A stretch of DNA of 64,000 nucleotides from Squalus acanthias. Lineage: Eukaryota. Where the stretch lies: positions 92,878,001 through 92,942,000 of the forward strand of contig CM059432.1 of assembly GCA_030390025.1 (NCBI GenBank), read 5' to 3'. Numbering within the stretch: position 1 is the first letter of the stretch; every line of letters starts with the position of its first letter. Of this stretch, positions 1-10,811 are shown piece after piece. The position numbers and the translations under genes are program-made. A model generated the notes under the pieces. That model worked only from the letters and a program-made list of their open reading frames with translations, was not told the origin of the DNA and ran no database searches.

Positions 1-2208
1 ATTTTGACCCAGCGACGATGAAGGATCAGCAATATACTTCTAAGTCAGGATGGTGTGTGACTTGGAGGGGAACTTGGAGGTGGTGGTGTTCCCACGCACT
101 TGCTGCCCTTGTCCTTCTAGATGGAAGAGGTCGCGGGTTTGGGAGGTGCTGCCGAAGAAGCCTTGGCGAGTTGCTGCAGTGCATCTTGTAGATGGTACAC
201 ACTGCAGCCACGGTACGTCGGTGGTGGAGGGAGTGAATGTTTAAGGTGGTGGATGGCGTGCAAATCAAGGAGGCTGCTTTGTCGTGGATGGTGTTGAGCT
301 TCTTGAGTGTTGTAGGGGCTGCACTCATCCAAGCAAGTGGAGAGTATTCCATCACACTCCTTACTTGTGCCTTGTAGATGGTGGAAAGGCTTTGGGGAGT
401 CAGGTGAGACACTCACCACAGAATACCTAGCCTCTGACCTGCTCTTGTTGCCACAGTATTTATGTGGCTGGTCCTGTTAAGTTTCTGGTCAATGCTGACC
501 CCCAGGATTTTGATGGTGGGGGATTTGGCGATGGTAATGCCGTTGAATGTCAAGGGGAAGTGGTTAGACTCTCGCTTGTTGGAGACAGACATTGCCTGGC
601 ACTTCTGTGGCATGAATGTTACCTGCCACTTATCAGCCCAAGCCTGAACGTCATCCAGGTCTTGTTGCATGCGGGCATGGACTGCTTCATTATCTGAGGA
701 GTTGTGAATGGCGCTGAACACTGTGCAGTCATCAGTGAACATCCCCATTTCTAACCTTATGTTGGACGGAAGGTCATTGATGAAGCAGCTGAAGATGGTT
801 GGGCCTAGGACACTGCCCTGAGGAACTCCTGCAGCAATGTCCTGGGGCTGTGATGATTGACCTTCAAACACCACAACCATCTTCCTTTGTGCTAGGTATG
901 ACTCCAGCCAGTGGAGCGTTTTCCCCCCGATTCCCATTGACTTTAGTTTTACTAGGGCTCCTTGATGCCACACTCGGTCAAATGCTGCCTTGATGTCAAG
1001 GGCAGTCACTCTTACCTCACCTCTGGAATTCAGCTCCTTTGTCAATGTTTGGACCAAGGCTGTAATGAGGTCAGGAGCCGAGTGGTCTTGGCGGAACCTA
1101 AACTGGGCATCAGTGAGCAGGTTATTGGTGAGTAAGTGCCGCTTGATAGCACTGTCGATGACACCTTCCATCACTTTGCTGATGATTGACAGTAGACTGA
1201 TGGGGCGGTAATTGGCCGGGTTGGATTTGTCCTGCTTTTTGTGGACAGGACATACCTGGGCAGTTTTCCACATTGTCGGGTAGATGCCAGTGTTGTAGCT
1301 GCACTGGAACAGCTTGGCTAGAGGCGCAGCTAGTTCTGGAGCACAAGTCTTCAGCATGATAGCCGGGATGTTGTCGGAGCCCATAGCCTTTGCTGTATCC
1401 AGTGCGCTCAGCCATTTCTTGATATCATGTGGAGTGAATCGAATTGGCTGAAGACTGGCTTCTGTGATGGTGGGGACCTCAGGAGTAGGCCGATATGGAT
1501 CATCCACTCGGTACTTCTGGCTGAAGTTGGTTGCAAACGCTTCAGCCTTGTCTTTTGCACTCACGTGCTGGGATCCACCATCATTGAGGATGGGGATATT
1601 CATAGAGCCTCCTCATCCTATTAGTTGTTTAATGGTCCACCACCATTCACGACTGGATGTGGCAGGACTGCAGAGCTTTGATCTGATCCGTTGATTGTGG
1701 GATCGCTTGGCCCTGTCTATAACATGCTGCTTCCTTTTTTTAGCATGCATGTAGTCCTGTGTTGCAGCTTCCCCAGGTTGGCACCTCATTTTTAGGTACG
1801 CCTGGTGCTGCTCCTGGCATACTCTTCTGCACTCCTTATTGAACCAGGGTTGGTCCCCTGGCTTGATGGTAATGGTAGAGTGAAGGATATGCCAGGCCAT
1901 GAGGTTACAGATTGTGGTGGAATACAATTCTGCTGCTGCTGATGGCCCACAGCGCCTCATGGATGCCCAGTTTTGAGCTGCTAGATCTGTTCTGAATCTG
2001 TCCTATTTAACACGGTGGTAGTGCCACACAAAATGATGGAGGGTGTCCTCAGTGTGAAGACGCGACTTCATCTCCACAATGACTATGCGGTGGTCACTGC
2101 TACCAATACTGTCATGGACGGATGTATCTGCGACAGGTAGATTGGTGAGAACAAGGTCAAGTAGGTTTTTCCCTTGTGTTGGTTCTCTCACCACCTGTCG
2201 CAGGCCCA
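1..2208 (-). mobile_element. 5'-truncated CR1-group LINE (family B) ORF2: end of APE endonuclease, RT and C-terminal region; continues past the left edge of the window
   Basis: ORF 413..1603 has RT motifs [32 protein letters not shown] and FTDD. ORF 2003..2230 has the APE end motifs LDLVLTN and SSDH. ORF 26..412 has the family-B C-terminus IYKAQVRSVMEYS...HHRRTVAAVCTIYK. Few disruptions. Confidence 0.93.
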
Positions 2209-2209
2209 A

Positions 2210-2545
2210 ACTACAGGGATGCACTGCCACAACTCACCCAGGTTACTTCAACAGTATCTCTCTCCCTTGTGATCTCTACCACCGAAAAGGGCAAGAGCAG
2301 CTATGTCATGGGAACACCATCACCTACAAGTTCCGTCCAGGTCATACATTATCCTGACTTGGACGTATATCACTGTTTTTCCATTGTCGCTGGATCATTA
2401 TCCTGGAATTTTTTACCTATCAAAATTAAGGGAGCACCACCAGCACAAGGACTACAGCGATTCACGGAAAAGGCCACCATCACCTTCTCAGGGAAATTAG
2501 GGATGGGCAATAAATGTGGCCCACATCCTGAAATGAAATTTTAAA
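2210..2545 (+). mobile_element. Older, decayed 3' end of a family B LINE
   Basis: Degenerate match to 32350-32700, ending in the family tail gggaaattagggatgggcaataaatg...cccacatcc. Confidence 0.8.
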
Positions 2546-3229
2546 ACACATTGACAGCTGTATCATGCTCTTGGTGTGAGCCAATAGCAAAGCAGAAGAA
2601 ATAGCTGCCTATGTTGACAAATGCATTAGTTACTTATTCATACATCTGTGGCCAGCACATTGGCTGATCGTGCACATGATCCCTGTGCTATATAAGGAGA
2701 CACAGGCAAAAAATTGCGTGCAGGAAACTTTGACTGCCACTGAAAGATCTGTCACTGTGGCTGTGTAGTCAATTACAATTTGCCATTGCAAGGTAGGTGT
2801 GCCAGGGCAAGCAGATATGGTTGGCGTCTTTGTGTGCGAGTCCAATCTGGCTTTAGTGCCTGCTGATCTCCCTGGCATGCTTTTTTTCCATCGAGTACAC
2901 CTAAAACATGAAACGTTGTGGTTGTGTTGCTTTCAAATCATTGAGGTAACAGAGCTTTCCAAAGGAAATTCATTGCGCTTGCTGTGTCTTCCAGTTAGAA
3001 GCCTTGGTTCACCCTGAGGTCTTATGAATGTTGCTATTCTGGTAACACTTTATCGATCCAATCTTCTTTAAGGCTCTTCTTGTACTGCAGTACTCTTGGA
3101 AAGAGTTTCTGCAAGTCAGTTTCTCTGTGATGTTGGTAACAATAGCCCGATTGTAACTCCCAGCTCGGAGTCATGTGGGCAAAGTGATAGCTGGACATTG
3201 GGCAGGAGAGGGATTTCAGGCAGCAGGAG

Positions 3230-3698
3230 GCCACCGCCAGGCACCTGTAGGAATAGTTCCTGCACTCAAGTAAGTGGTTTGGACTGGAGTTTGGGGGGCA
3301 TTGTGGTCAAGGGAAGGGGAGGGAAGCCCAGAGTAGAGGAGGACCAAGTTTTCCTTGTGGGGCATATAGGAGCACTCCACAAGAAAACTAAAAAAAGTCA
3401 AAGCCATTTACATTTTTGGGCCTGTTCTGGCCTCGGCTCCTCTTCCCAGTAGGTTGGCTTGGCAGGAGCCACAACGGCTTCCCCGTGCAGCCCACCCAAT
3501 GACACCATTGGAGCCCGATCTGTATATTTAAAGAAGGAACCGCTACCTTCAGCTGGTGTCTCTATCGCCTGCATAGAAGAGCAGGTTAAGATCGCAACCT
3601 GCGGGAAGGAAGCGGGATTGGTGCGGATAAGTCAAACCGGTCATTTTAACTGCTTGTCCGCCCACTTTCTGCTGCGTGGGCAGGGTTGAAATCAGCTC
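3230..3698. mobile_element. Decayed non-autonomous DNA element (MITE-like)
   Basis: Right end ggcagggttgaaatcagctc resembles the end cagggttaaaatcgggct of the 13741-14381 element. Internal ggaggaccaagttttccttgtgggg...ggagcactcc resembles 13995-14037. Left end unclear. Confidence 0.35.
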
Positions 3699-4336
3699 TA
3701 AAGATTCAGTTGTTTCTCTCAGTTCACCGGCATTCAGTCCATGGTCTGCTCTGGAAAACACAGGAAAAACTACTTTAAACATTAACTGGAAAAATATATT
3801 GGCCTGGAATTTGCGGTCAGCGCTGGCCTCAAAGTATTCAATATTGGCTGAACCATAAATGATTAATACACAAAACATTTGTTTCAAAATTTTAAAACAT
3901 ACATTAATACTCGAAATATTTGCTGAAACATAAAAATTATTTTGAAAAATTTGTCATTGTTTCCTTCTGTCCTTTTGGACTGGGACTATAACTAGCTTCC
4001 CTTTATGATCTATTTATAATGTATGGATATGCTGTTGGGTGGGACTTCTGCTCAAACGTTAAATATTTTAAAGGCCCTCATTAGTATGGTGGATGTATGC
4101 ATCATTACTGTAGCTTCCTGCTCAGAACAAGCGTGAGCAAATAATGGAGGCATGTAGCCCATAAGGAAATCACTGTGGGGTACATTTGCGGTGGTCAAAG
4201 TGCTTCTTTTCCAATTTCTGAACCTCCACTTAGCCAAAACCAGTCAGCAATACCAATACCACAAAGTGGAAAATAGCTGCTACCATGTCAGTTTGAAAGA
4301 ATTGTAATATTAAAAAATGTATTAAGGTTGTATAAC

Positions 4337-4408
4337 TCCGTGATGGTATGGTGATTCGGATTCAGTGCTCTTACTACTGCATCCTGAGTTCAATTGCCGG
4401 TCAGGGAT
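4337..4408 (+). pseudogene. tRNA-Glu(CTC)-derived pseudogene; anticodon now CTT
   Basis: Ungapped 72-nt alignment to the vertebrate tRNA-Glu-CTC sequence as I recall it (53/72 identical, many CpG-type transitions). Followed by cTTTTT, a Pol III terminator-like run. T-stem/B-box and D-arm are damaged. Confidence 0.8.
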
Positions 4409-5751
4409 CTTTTTGATCAAAACGAAACAGGCTTGTCAGACCAAATGGGCATTTCCTCTACCTAAAAATTCTAATGTTACTTTTGTTTGTTATTCCTCCC
4501 TCAGTTTTTAAAAAGTATATATGTTTTTCTTCTTCTTTAGGTGTCCTGTGTTCTGTGCCACACATACTGGGCTATTCCCAGGCTGTTGTCATTGTTGTTC
4601 TATAACCCAATAGCCACAAAATAATTACAGTAGTAAAAAAAAAATTACTGTATCCAGGATGGGCTTCTTCCTTCTTTGTTTCTCGTTCATTCACAGGATT
4701 CTTGCCCCAGGCGGTTTGATTTGTGAGTACGTGGGTTGAATGAGCTGCTAATTTTCCTCACTCTCTCTCTCCGCTTGGCAATATATCCAACCCGTGAGGC
4801 TTCCCTAATAGCACACCCAAAATCAGGAAGTGGCCACATCTGAAATTGTGGGCATTACACATCAGGAGTTCATGCCAAAGCTCATTGGAGCACCACCTTT
4901 AGACACGTTTCTTAAAATGTGCGAAACAACTATGTTTCTTAGTGGTTAATGACTTTGTGCACGTTAGGTTCTATTATCTCATGATAGTTACAGTTGCTAG
5001 TTAATTTCCTTTTAGGCAGTGCTCAAAGGTTACAGTTAAAGTGTAAATTTCTCAATTTCAAGTTTTGATCTGAGCTGTAAAACAATTTGCTCGGAATTCT
5101 TTTATGGCTGAAAGTATCCTGGCACATTGTGTGCCTACGCTCCACATAGCTGACCTAATCCCATAGCACATGATGCACTGGGAAGACGCTGAGGCTTTGG
5201 GGGCAGGTTATTGGGGGCCAGCAACTGTTAAAGGGCTGCTGGCTGCCCTAAAAGCAATGTCTTTTTTACTAACTGCTTCCATAGAAATGGCCTGATTTGT
5301 GGTTGGGTATTACAGGCTAAGCAACAGGAGGTCCAGCCCTCTGTAGAAGAGAAAAAAGGTCAAATTTCATAACAAAACCCATGAAACACCTGTTTTAAAT
5401 GTATGCTGAGCAACCAAAGTGCTTTACAGGCATTTCAACCACATTATCAGTAGCTCCCTTAATTTCCACGGAATCCAGGGTCTTAATGAGCCTTGTGCTC
5501 AGTTGGTTCTTGGGCTCAAAGCACCTGTAACTATGTTGTGGGGTGCTGTGCACTATGGTGCTAAGTCAACAGCAAATAATACGGGACACCCAAAACACTG
5601 CAGTGCTTTAGGCGCTGTGGACCATGTTATTTCCCCTTATCCTCCCGTTATTGCACATGCAACATGCATCAGATTCAAAATAGAAAATATGGTGTCATGA
5701 TATAAATTATATGTAAATAAATGAGTGTACACAATATTAAAGGCACCTGTA

Positions 5752-6137
5752 GGGGTACGGTAGCATAGTGGTTATGTTACTGGACTAGTAATCCAGAGGC
5801 CTGGACTAATTATCTGGAGACAGGAGTTCAAATCCCACCACGGCAGCTGAGGAATTTAAATTCAGTTATAAATAAGCTAGTATCAATAATGGTGACCATG
5901 AAATTACTGGATCGTTGTAAAAACCCATCTGGTTCACTAATGTCCTTTCAGAAATCTGCCATCCTTACCTGGTCTGGCCTATATGTGACTCCAGACCCAC
6001 AGCAATGTGGTTGACTCTTAACTACTCTCTGAAATGGTGGCTCACCACCACCTGCTCAAGGGCAATTAGGGATGGGCAATAAATGCTGGCTTTGCCAGCG
6101 ACGCCCACATCCCATGAACGAATAAATTAAAAAAAAT
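5752..6137 (+). mobile_element. tRNA-derived SINE with a family B LINE 3' tail
   Basis: A-box-like tagcatagtgg and B-box-like gagttcaaatcc. The 3' end ctcaccaccacctgctcaagggcaattagggatgggcaataaatgctggctttgccagcgacgcccacatccc plus an A-rich tail matches the LINE end at about 32612-32700. Confidence 0.85.
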
Positions 6138-6140
6138 ATT

Positions 6141-6791
6141 GGCCCGTATGGATGCCTCTTATCGGGGAAAAAATCTACGCCCTTACCTGAGGGCTCCCGA
6201 GGTCTGGACACTTCCGATCCTGGGCCTCTCCACAGTCGAAATGTGCAGGGCCCACGTATCCCAGGGGCGCATGCAGTTCACAAGCATCCCTGGGACGGTC
6301 AAAAGTATAAATGGGGATCACTGAAAAAAGACACTAAAACATTAAATAAATTTTTTAAAACCATCACATTTTTAAAATGAGTTAAAATTACATTAAATTA
6401 AATATTTTAAACAAAAATTTAATTTTTTGAAAAATATTAAAGTTTTTTATGGGGCTTAAAATAAACTTACCTTTTTTAAAAGTATTTTTAAATTCTAAAT
6501 GAGTGAAAAAAATATATTTTTTTACTTTTTTAAACTCTTATGCTGGTAAAAGCAGGCCTTACGCCTGCTTTTACCAGGCGTAAGATTTTTAAATGCTTTC
6601 AGCGGGCGGAGGTTCTGCAGAAAGCGGAACTCTCCGCCCGCAGAGGCCCTTCTCCAGGGCAGGCGTCCGATCTGATCGGAAATGCCGGTTTTCAGCGCAT
6701 GCGCTTCGCATGCCTGAAACCGGCATTTCCGATGTCCCTACGGGTGTGTACACAGCTCGTACACACCCGTAGGCATCGGAAAATATGGGCC
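6141..6791. mobile_element. Non-autonomous Harbinger-type MITE (651 bp)
   Basis: Termini ggcccgtat / atatgggcc, 3-bp TSD ATT on both sides (6138-40 and 6792-94), AT-rich core and hairpin-rich right end. Confidence 0.75.
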
Positions 6792-8938
6792 ATTATTTGC
6801 ATAATGCACAGCTTAAAGTAAACACACACCTAAAATCATTTTGTCCTGCATTTGTTGGAGTTTAAGAGGTCACCAGACACATATTAGTTAAGTGTACAAC
6901 AAGATTGCACTAGTCCTCAGACACAGCATTCAAGAAGTCACTGGGTAGTAAAGAAGCTACTAAGTATTTTATGAATAGGCGATATCATTACAGCACCCTA
7001 CTACTTTTTGCTACTTAAATGCTATTTAAGCTGCAGACTGTGCATGACTCAGAGAAGAGAAAGAAAATACAAATACCTTAAAGTGGAAATCTTACACTCA
7101 GGAGAGATTAGGCATGGATATGAACTTGCCAAAAGCAAACCGGCCAACATCAAGACAAGACCTCAGAAGAATTTCCAGGTTCTTCGGAGTGACCAACACA
7201 GATCTACACAACAAAGGCTGTTACTGGATTGGATGAGGCCAATATTATTTTTTAAGTCACAGTTTTTAAACATCTAAAAGAGAAATAACCATCCATACTT
7301 TTCAACTTTCTCAGCTATGTTAACTCGCTTCATTCACAATTGGTTTTAGTTTCTTGTGCTTGGATAGGCCATGATGAAAAACAGGAGGCAAATACAATAT
7401 GTGACGAGCTAATCTCCATGGCACTACACCAAGTGCAATCTTCAGGTGAAGTGGGGTTAGAGGGTGGGGGATAATTGGCCCAGGGTGTGCTGACATAATT
7501 CAGTCTCCATTTTAAAGTCATGCATTCTGTCCTTATTTTATACACTACTTTAATTTTATATTTTTATAATTAAGTAATAAAACTCAGGGAAATTTGAGAA
7601 TCAGACAAGTAGAGTTCGAGCATAAAAGTTTCTCTGCAATATGGGCTGCAGAGCTGAGAGATGCAAACCAGAAGTGGGAGGATGTAATTACAACATGACA
7701 AGTTTGCACAGACGGTTTCCATTATAAATGTGCACATAGCAATTTATAATGGAAAAAGTTGACACAAAAGTGTGACAAAAAGGTGACAACACGAAATAAG
7801 ATTTTGAAAATTTTTAATATATTACGAGTCGATCTCTCATGGTAAGTTGGAGAATATAGTCACTCTTATCTATCTTCTGTCTCTCCACCTTTTGATTCTG
7901 TTGTGTGCGTCTCACTCCCTCCTCTTCCCTTAGCTCTTCTTTTTGCGTCTCTCTCTGTCTTTGTCTCCTTTTCTTTCCTTTCGAGTGGGAGGTGGTGGGA
8001 AAGGAGCTGCATGTAGGGTGAGGGCTGTGGGGAAAATATACTTTCAGCAGTTCCCTTCCTATCTCCTCCCCCAATTATTCCCTCCAACTCCTCGCTCCCA
8101 TCACATCCCTATTGCGTTCATCTTACCACTACCCACCTTGTTCCAACCCCCCCTCACACTCATCGCTACCCCTACCTCTTCTCCTCTGAACTAGCCATGC
8201 AAATCTGTATCCTCCCCTCCTTTTTGCTCTGCTGTCACTCACCACACTGTTAACCCTTGATCCACTCCTCTCACTCTCACTTGCTGCTCCTTGTGGCAAG
8301 AGAACAGAGAGACTTCATCCTCAACCTGTTTCCGTCCTCCCACCCACTCTGTGTGTGTATTGGGGGAAAGAGATGTCTCCTGCAAATATTAATACACTCC
8401 TGGAGACACCTGTCCCAACTTTCACCAGACACTGCAAGCTACCAAAAGAAAAACTTATTGCAGAAAATCTGTCTAATTAGTATACAGCAACAGAAATTGC
8501 ATGGCAGTAAGTTACCGAATACAGAAATCTAATGACAGATGGACAGAAATCTGATGACCTCAGGGACCCCCTTTGATCTGCTCAGGGAGCTCAGTTTACA
8601 AACATATGGTTGTATCAGGCACGTACAATTGAGTAAAGTATCATTGTCTTTTTATTGCTGTAAACAGCTCTATTAACCATGCACAGTGAAAAGAGATAGC
8701 AACATGTACAATCCATCTGGGCCTTTAATGCAACATGAAAAAGAATAGCAAACCAGTGCTTTGCAGCAGTCTCACAGCAGAATTTAGCGCTGCACCTCAC
8801 AAGAGTACAGTGATATTTGTCCAACTTCCTCTTGCTCACCCTGTTGGTAGTTGGCCAGCCTATCTATCAAATGGAATGTATATACATTTTGAGTTCCATC
8901 CACCTGCATTGGAGCAATCAAGTTAGTAGCCAAGCATT

Positions 8939-9104
8939 AATACGATAGCAAAATACTGCAGATGCTGGAAATCCGAAATAACAACAGAAAACGCTGGAAA
9001 AACTCAGCAGGCCAGGCAGCATCCGTGGAGAGAGAAACAGGTTTCTCTCTCCACGGATGCTGCCTGGCCTGCTGAGTTTTTCCAGCGTTTTCTGTTGTTA
9101 TTTC
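8939..9104. mobile_element. Penelope-like pLTR-end insertion forming a perfect 64-bp inverted repeat
   Basis: Arms 8975-9038 and 9041-9104 are exact reverse complements and match the Penelope 3' end at 16426-16487. Flanked by a 14-bp TSD agtagccaa(g/t)catt at 8925-38 and 9105-18. Confidence 0.85.
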
Positions 9105-9182
9105 AGTAGCCAATCATTGTTTGCTCAAATATAATGATTTGTATTCATTCACCAGACTACTTTTGAGAGCCTTGCTTGAACA

Positions 9183-9555
9183 GGCTGGAGTTTTTTTGTG
9201 GGCCTAGGAACGCTGGGCCATTGTTTGAGCGCCCTCCGGTGGTCCCTTTAAGGACCACTGCTTAGGCCACTCAACAACTGGTACAACTGGGCGGAGTGTG
9301 CATGACACATTTGTACTTATATTTTGCAATATGTGTCTGACAGCTGGCCTGGGGCCCAAATTTGCATATTTCAGCAGTATTATGCATGTTTCAGTCAGGC
9401 GGGCTGATCGCCCATTTACAGGCCTGCCTGAATATTGCATCAAGCGGTCCTTGGGCGTCAAAGGGGTGCCTGAGGTGCCACCTTCTCCCGATTTTCAACT
9501 GCTGGCCACCTGTTTTTAAGGCGTAAAACAGTCGGCCATGAGTTGAATTTCTCCC
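9183..9555. mobile_element. Decayed MITE-like element
   Basis: GC-rich island with TIR-like ends ggctggagtttt ... gaatttctccc, similar to the other MITE termini in the window. Confidence 0.35.
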
Positions 9556-10811
9556 TATATAAACCTTTTGGCATTCCTAAATTTCTAACACTTTGCTTCA
9601 GTTAGTTTTCCCCTGCATCATAACCAGGTTAGTCTGAAGCACATTAATGTTTTGTTTTGGATTAAGAGAAGCCTTGAATGCTGAGCTGCTTCCTGAGAGA
9701 CTTTCAGATGTGTTTACATTTGAAAAGAACTCAGACAGAAAAGAACTCCAGTCTACAATTTATGCCCCAGGCAGCCTTAGAAGCATGGATAGCAATCCTG
9801 CCTGGCTTTCAATAAATTTGTAACATTTAGATATAAATCTGGCACTGAATGGATGAGATTGCAGGAGTCTATTGAAACTGGTCTCAGGAAACTCAAGCGC
9901 AAATTTAGTTTTTAATGAATTTTGAGCTGCATAAATTGTAATAAATGTGGCAACTTGTCTCTGATGTAACCAAATGAGAGTAGGTTGTTCAGCCCCTCGA
10001 GCCTGTTCTGCCATTCTATTGGATCATGGCTGATCAGTACCTCAACTCCATTTACCCGCCTTTGTTTAATATCCCTCGATGCCCTTACCTAACAAAAATC
10101 TAGCGATCTCAGTCTTGAAAATTTCAATTGACACAGCATCCACAGAAATTTTGGGGGAGCAAGTTCTAGACTTGCACTACACTTTGTGAAAAATTGCTTC
10201 CTGATTTCACTCCTAAATAGCCAAGTTCTAATTTTAAGGTGATGCCCACTTATTCTGGATTCCCTCACCAGAGGAAATAGTTTCTCTAAATCTGCGCTGT
10301 ACCCTTTCCGACGCAAATATATCTTTCCTGTGGTTTGGTGCCCAAAACTGAGCGCAGTACTCCAGATGGGGTCTGACCAAGACTCTGTACAACTGAACTT
10401 CCTCACTTTTGTATTCCAATCCTCTTGAGATAAAGGCCAACATTTCATTAGCCTTTTTGATTACTTTTTACACCTGTGCACTAAGTTTTTAGCGATTTAT
10501 GTACAGGGGAACACAAATCCCTTCACTCCATCAGAGATCCTAGTCTCTCACCATTAAGAAAATATTCTAATTTGTCTTTCTCAGATCCAAAGTGGATGAC
10601 TCCACACTTCTCCACATTGAACTCGATCTGCCACAGTTTTGCCCACGCACTTAGTCTGTCTATGTCCCTTTGTAACTTCCTCCTCGTATCCACATAATTT
10701 AGTATCATCTGCAAACTTGGATATACAAGTCTCTATTTCTTCATTCAAGTCATTAATATATGTGGTGAAAAACTGTGGCCCCAGTACAGATCCCTGGGGA
10801 TCACCACTTGT

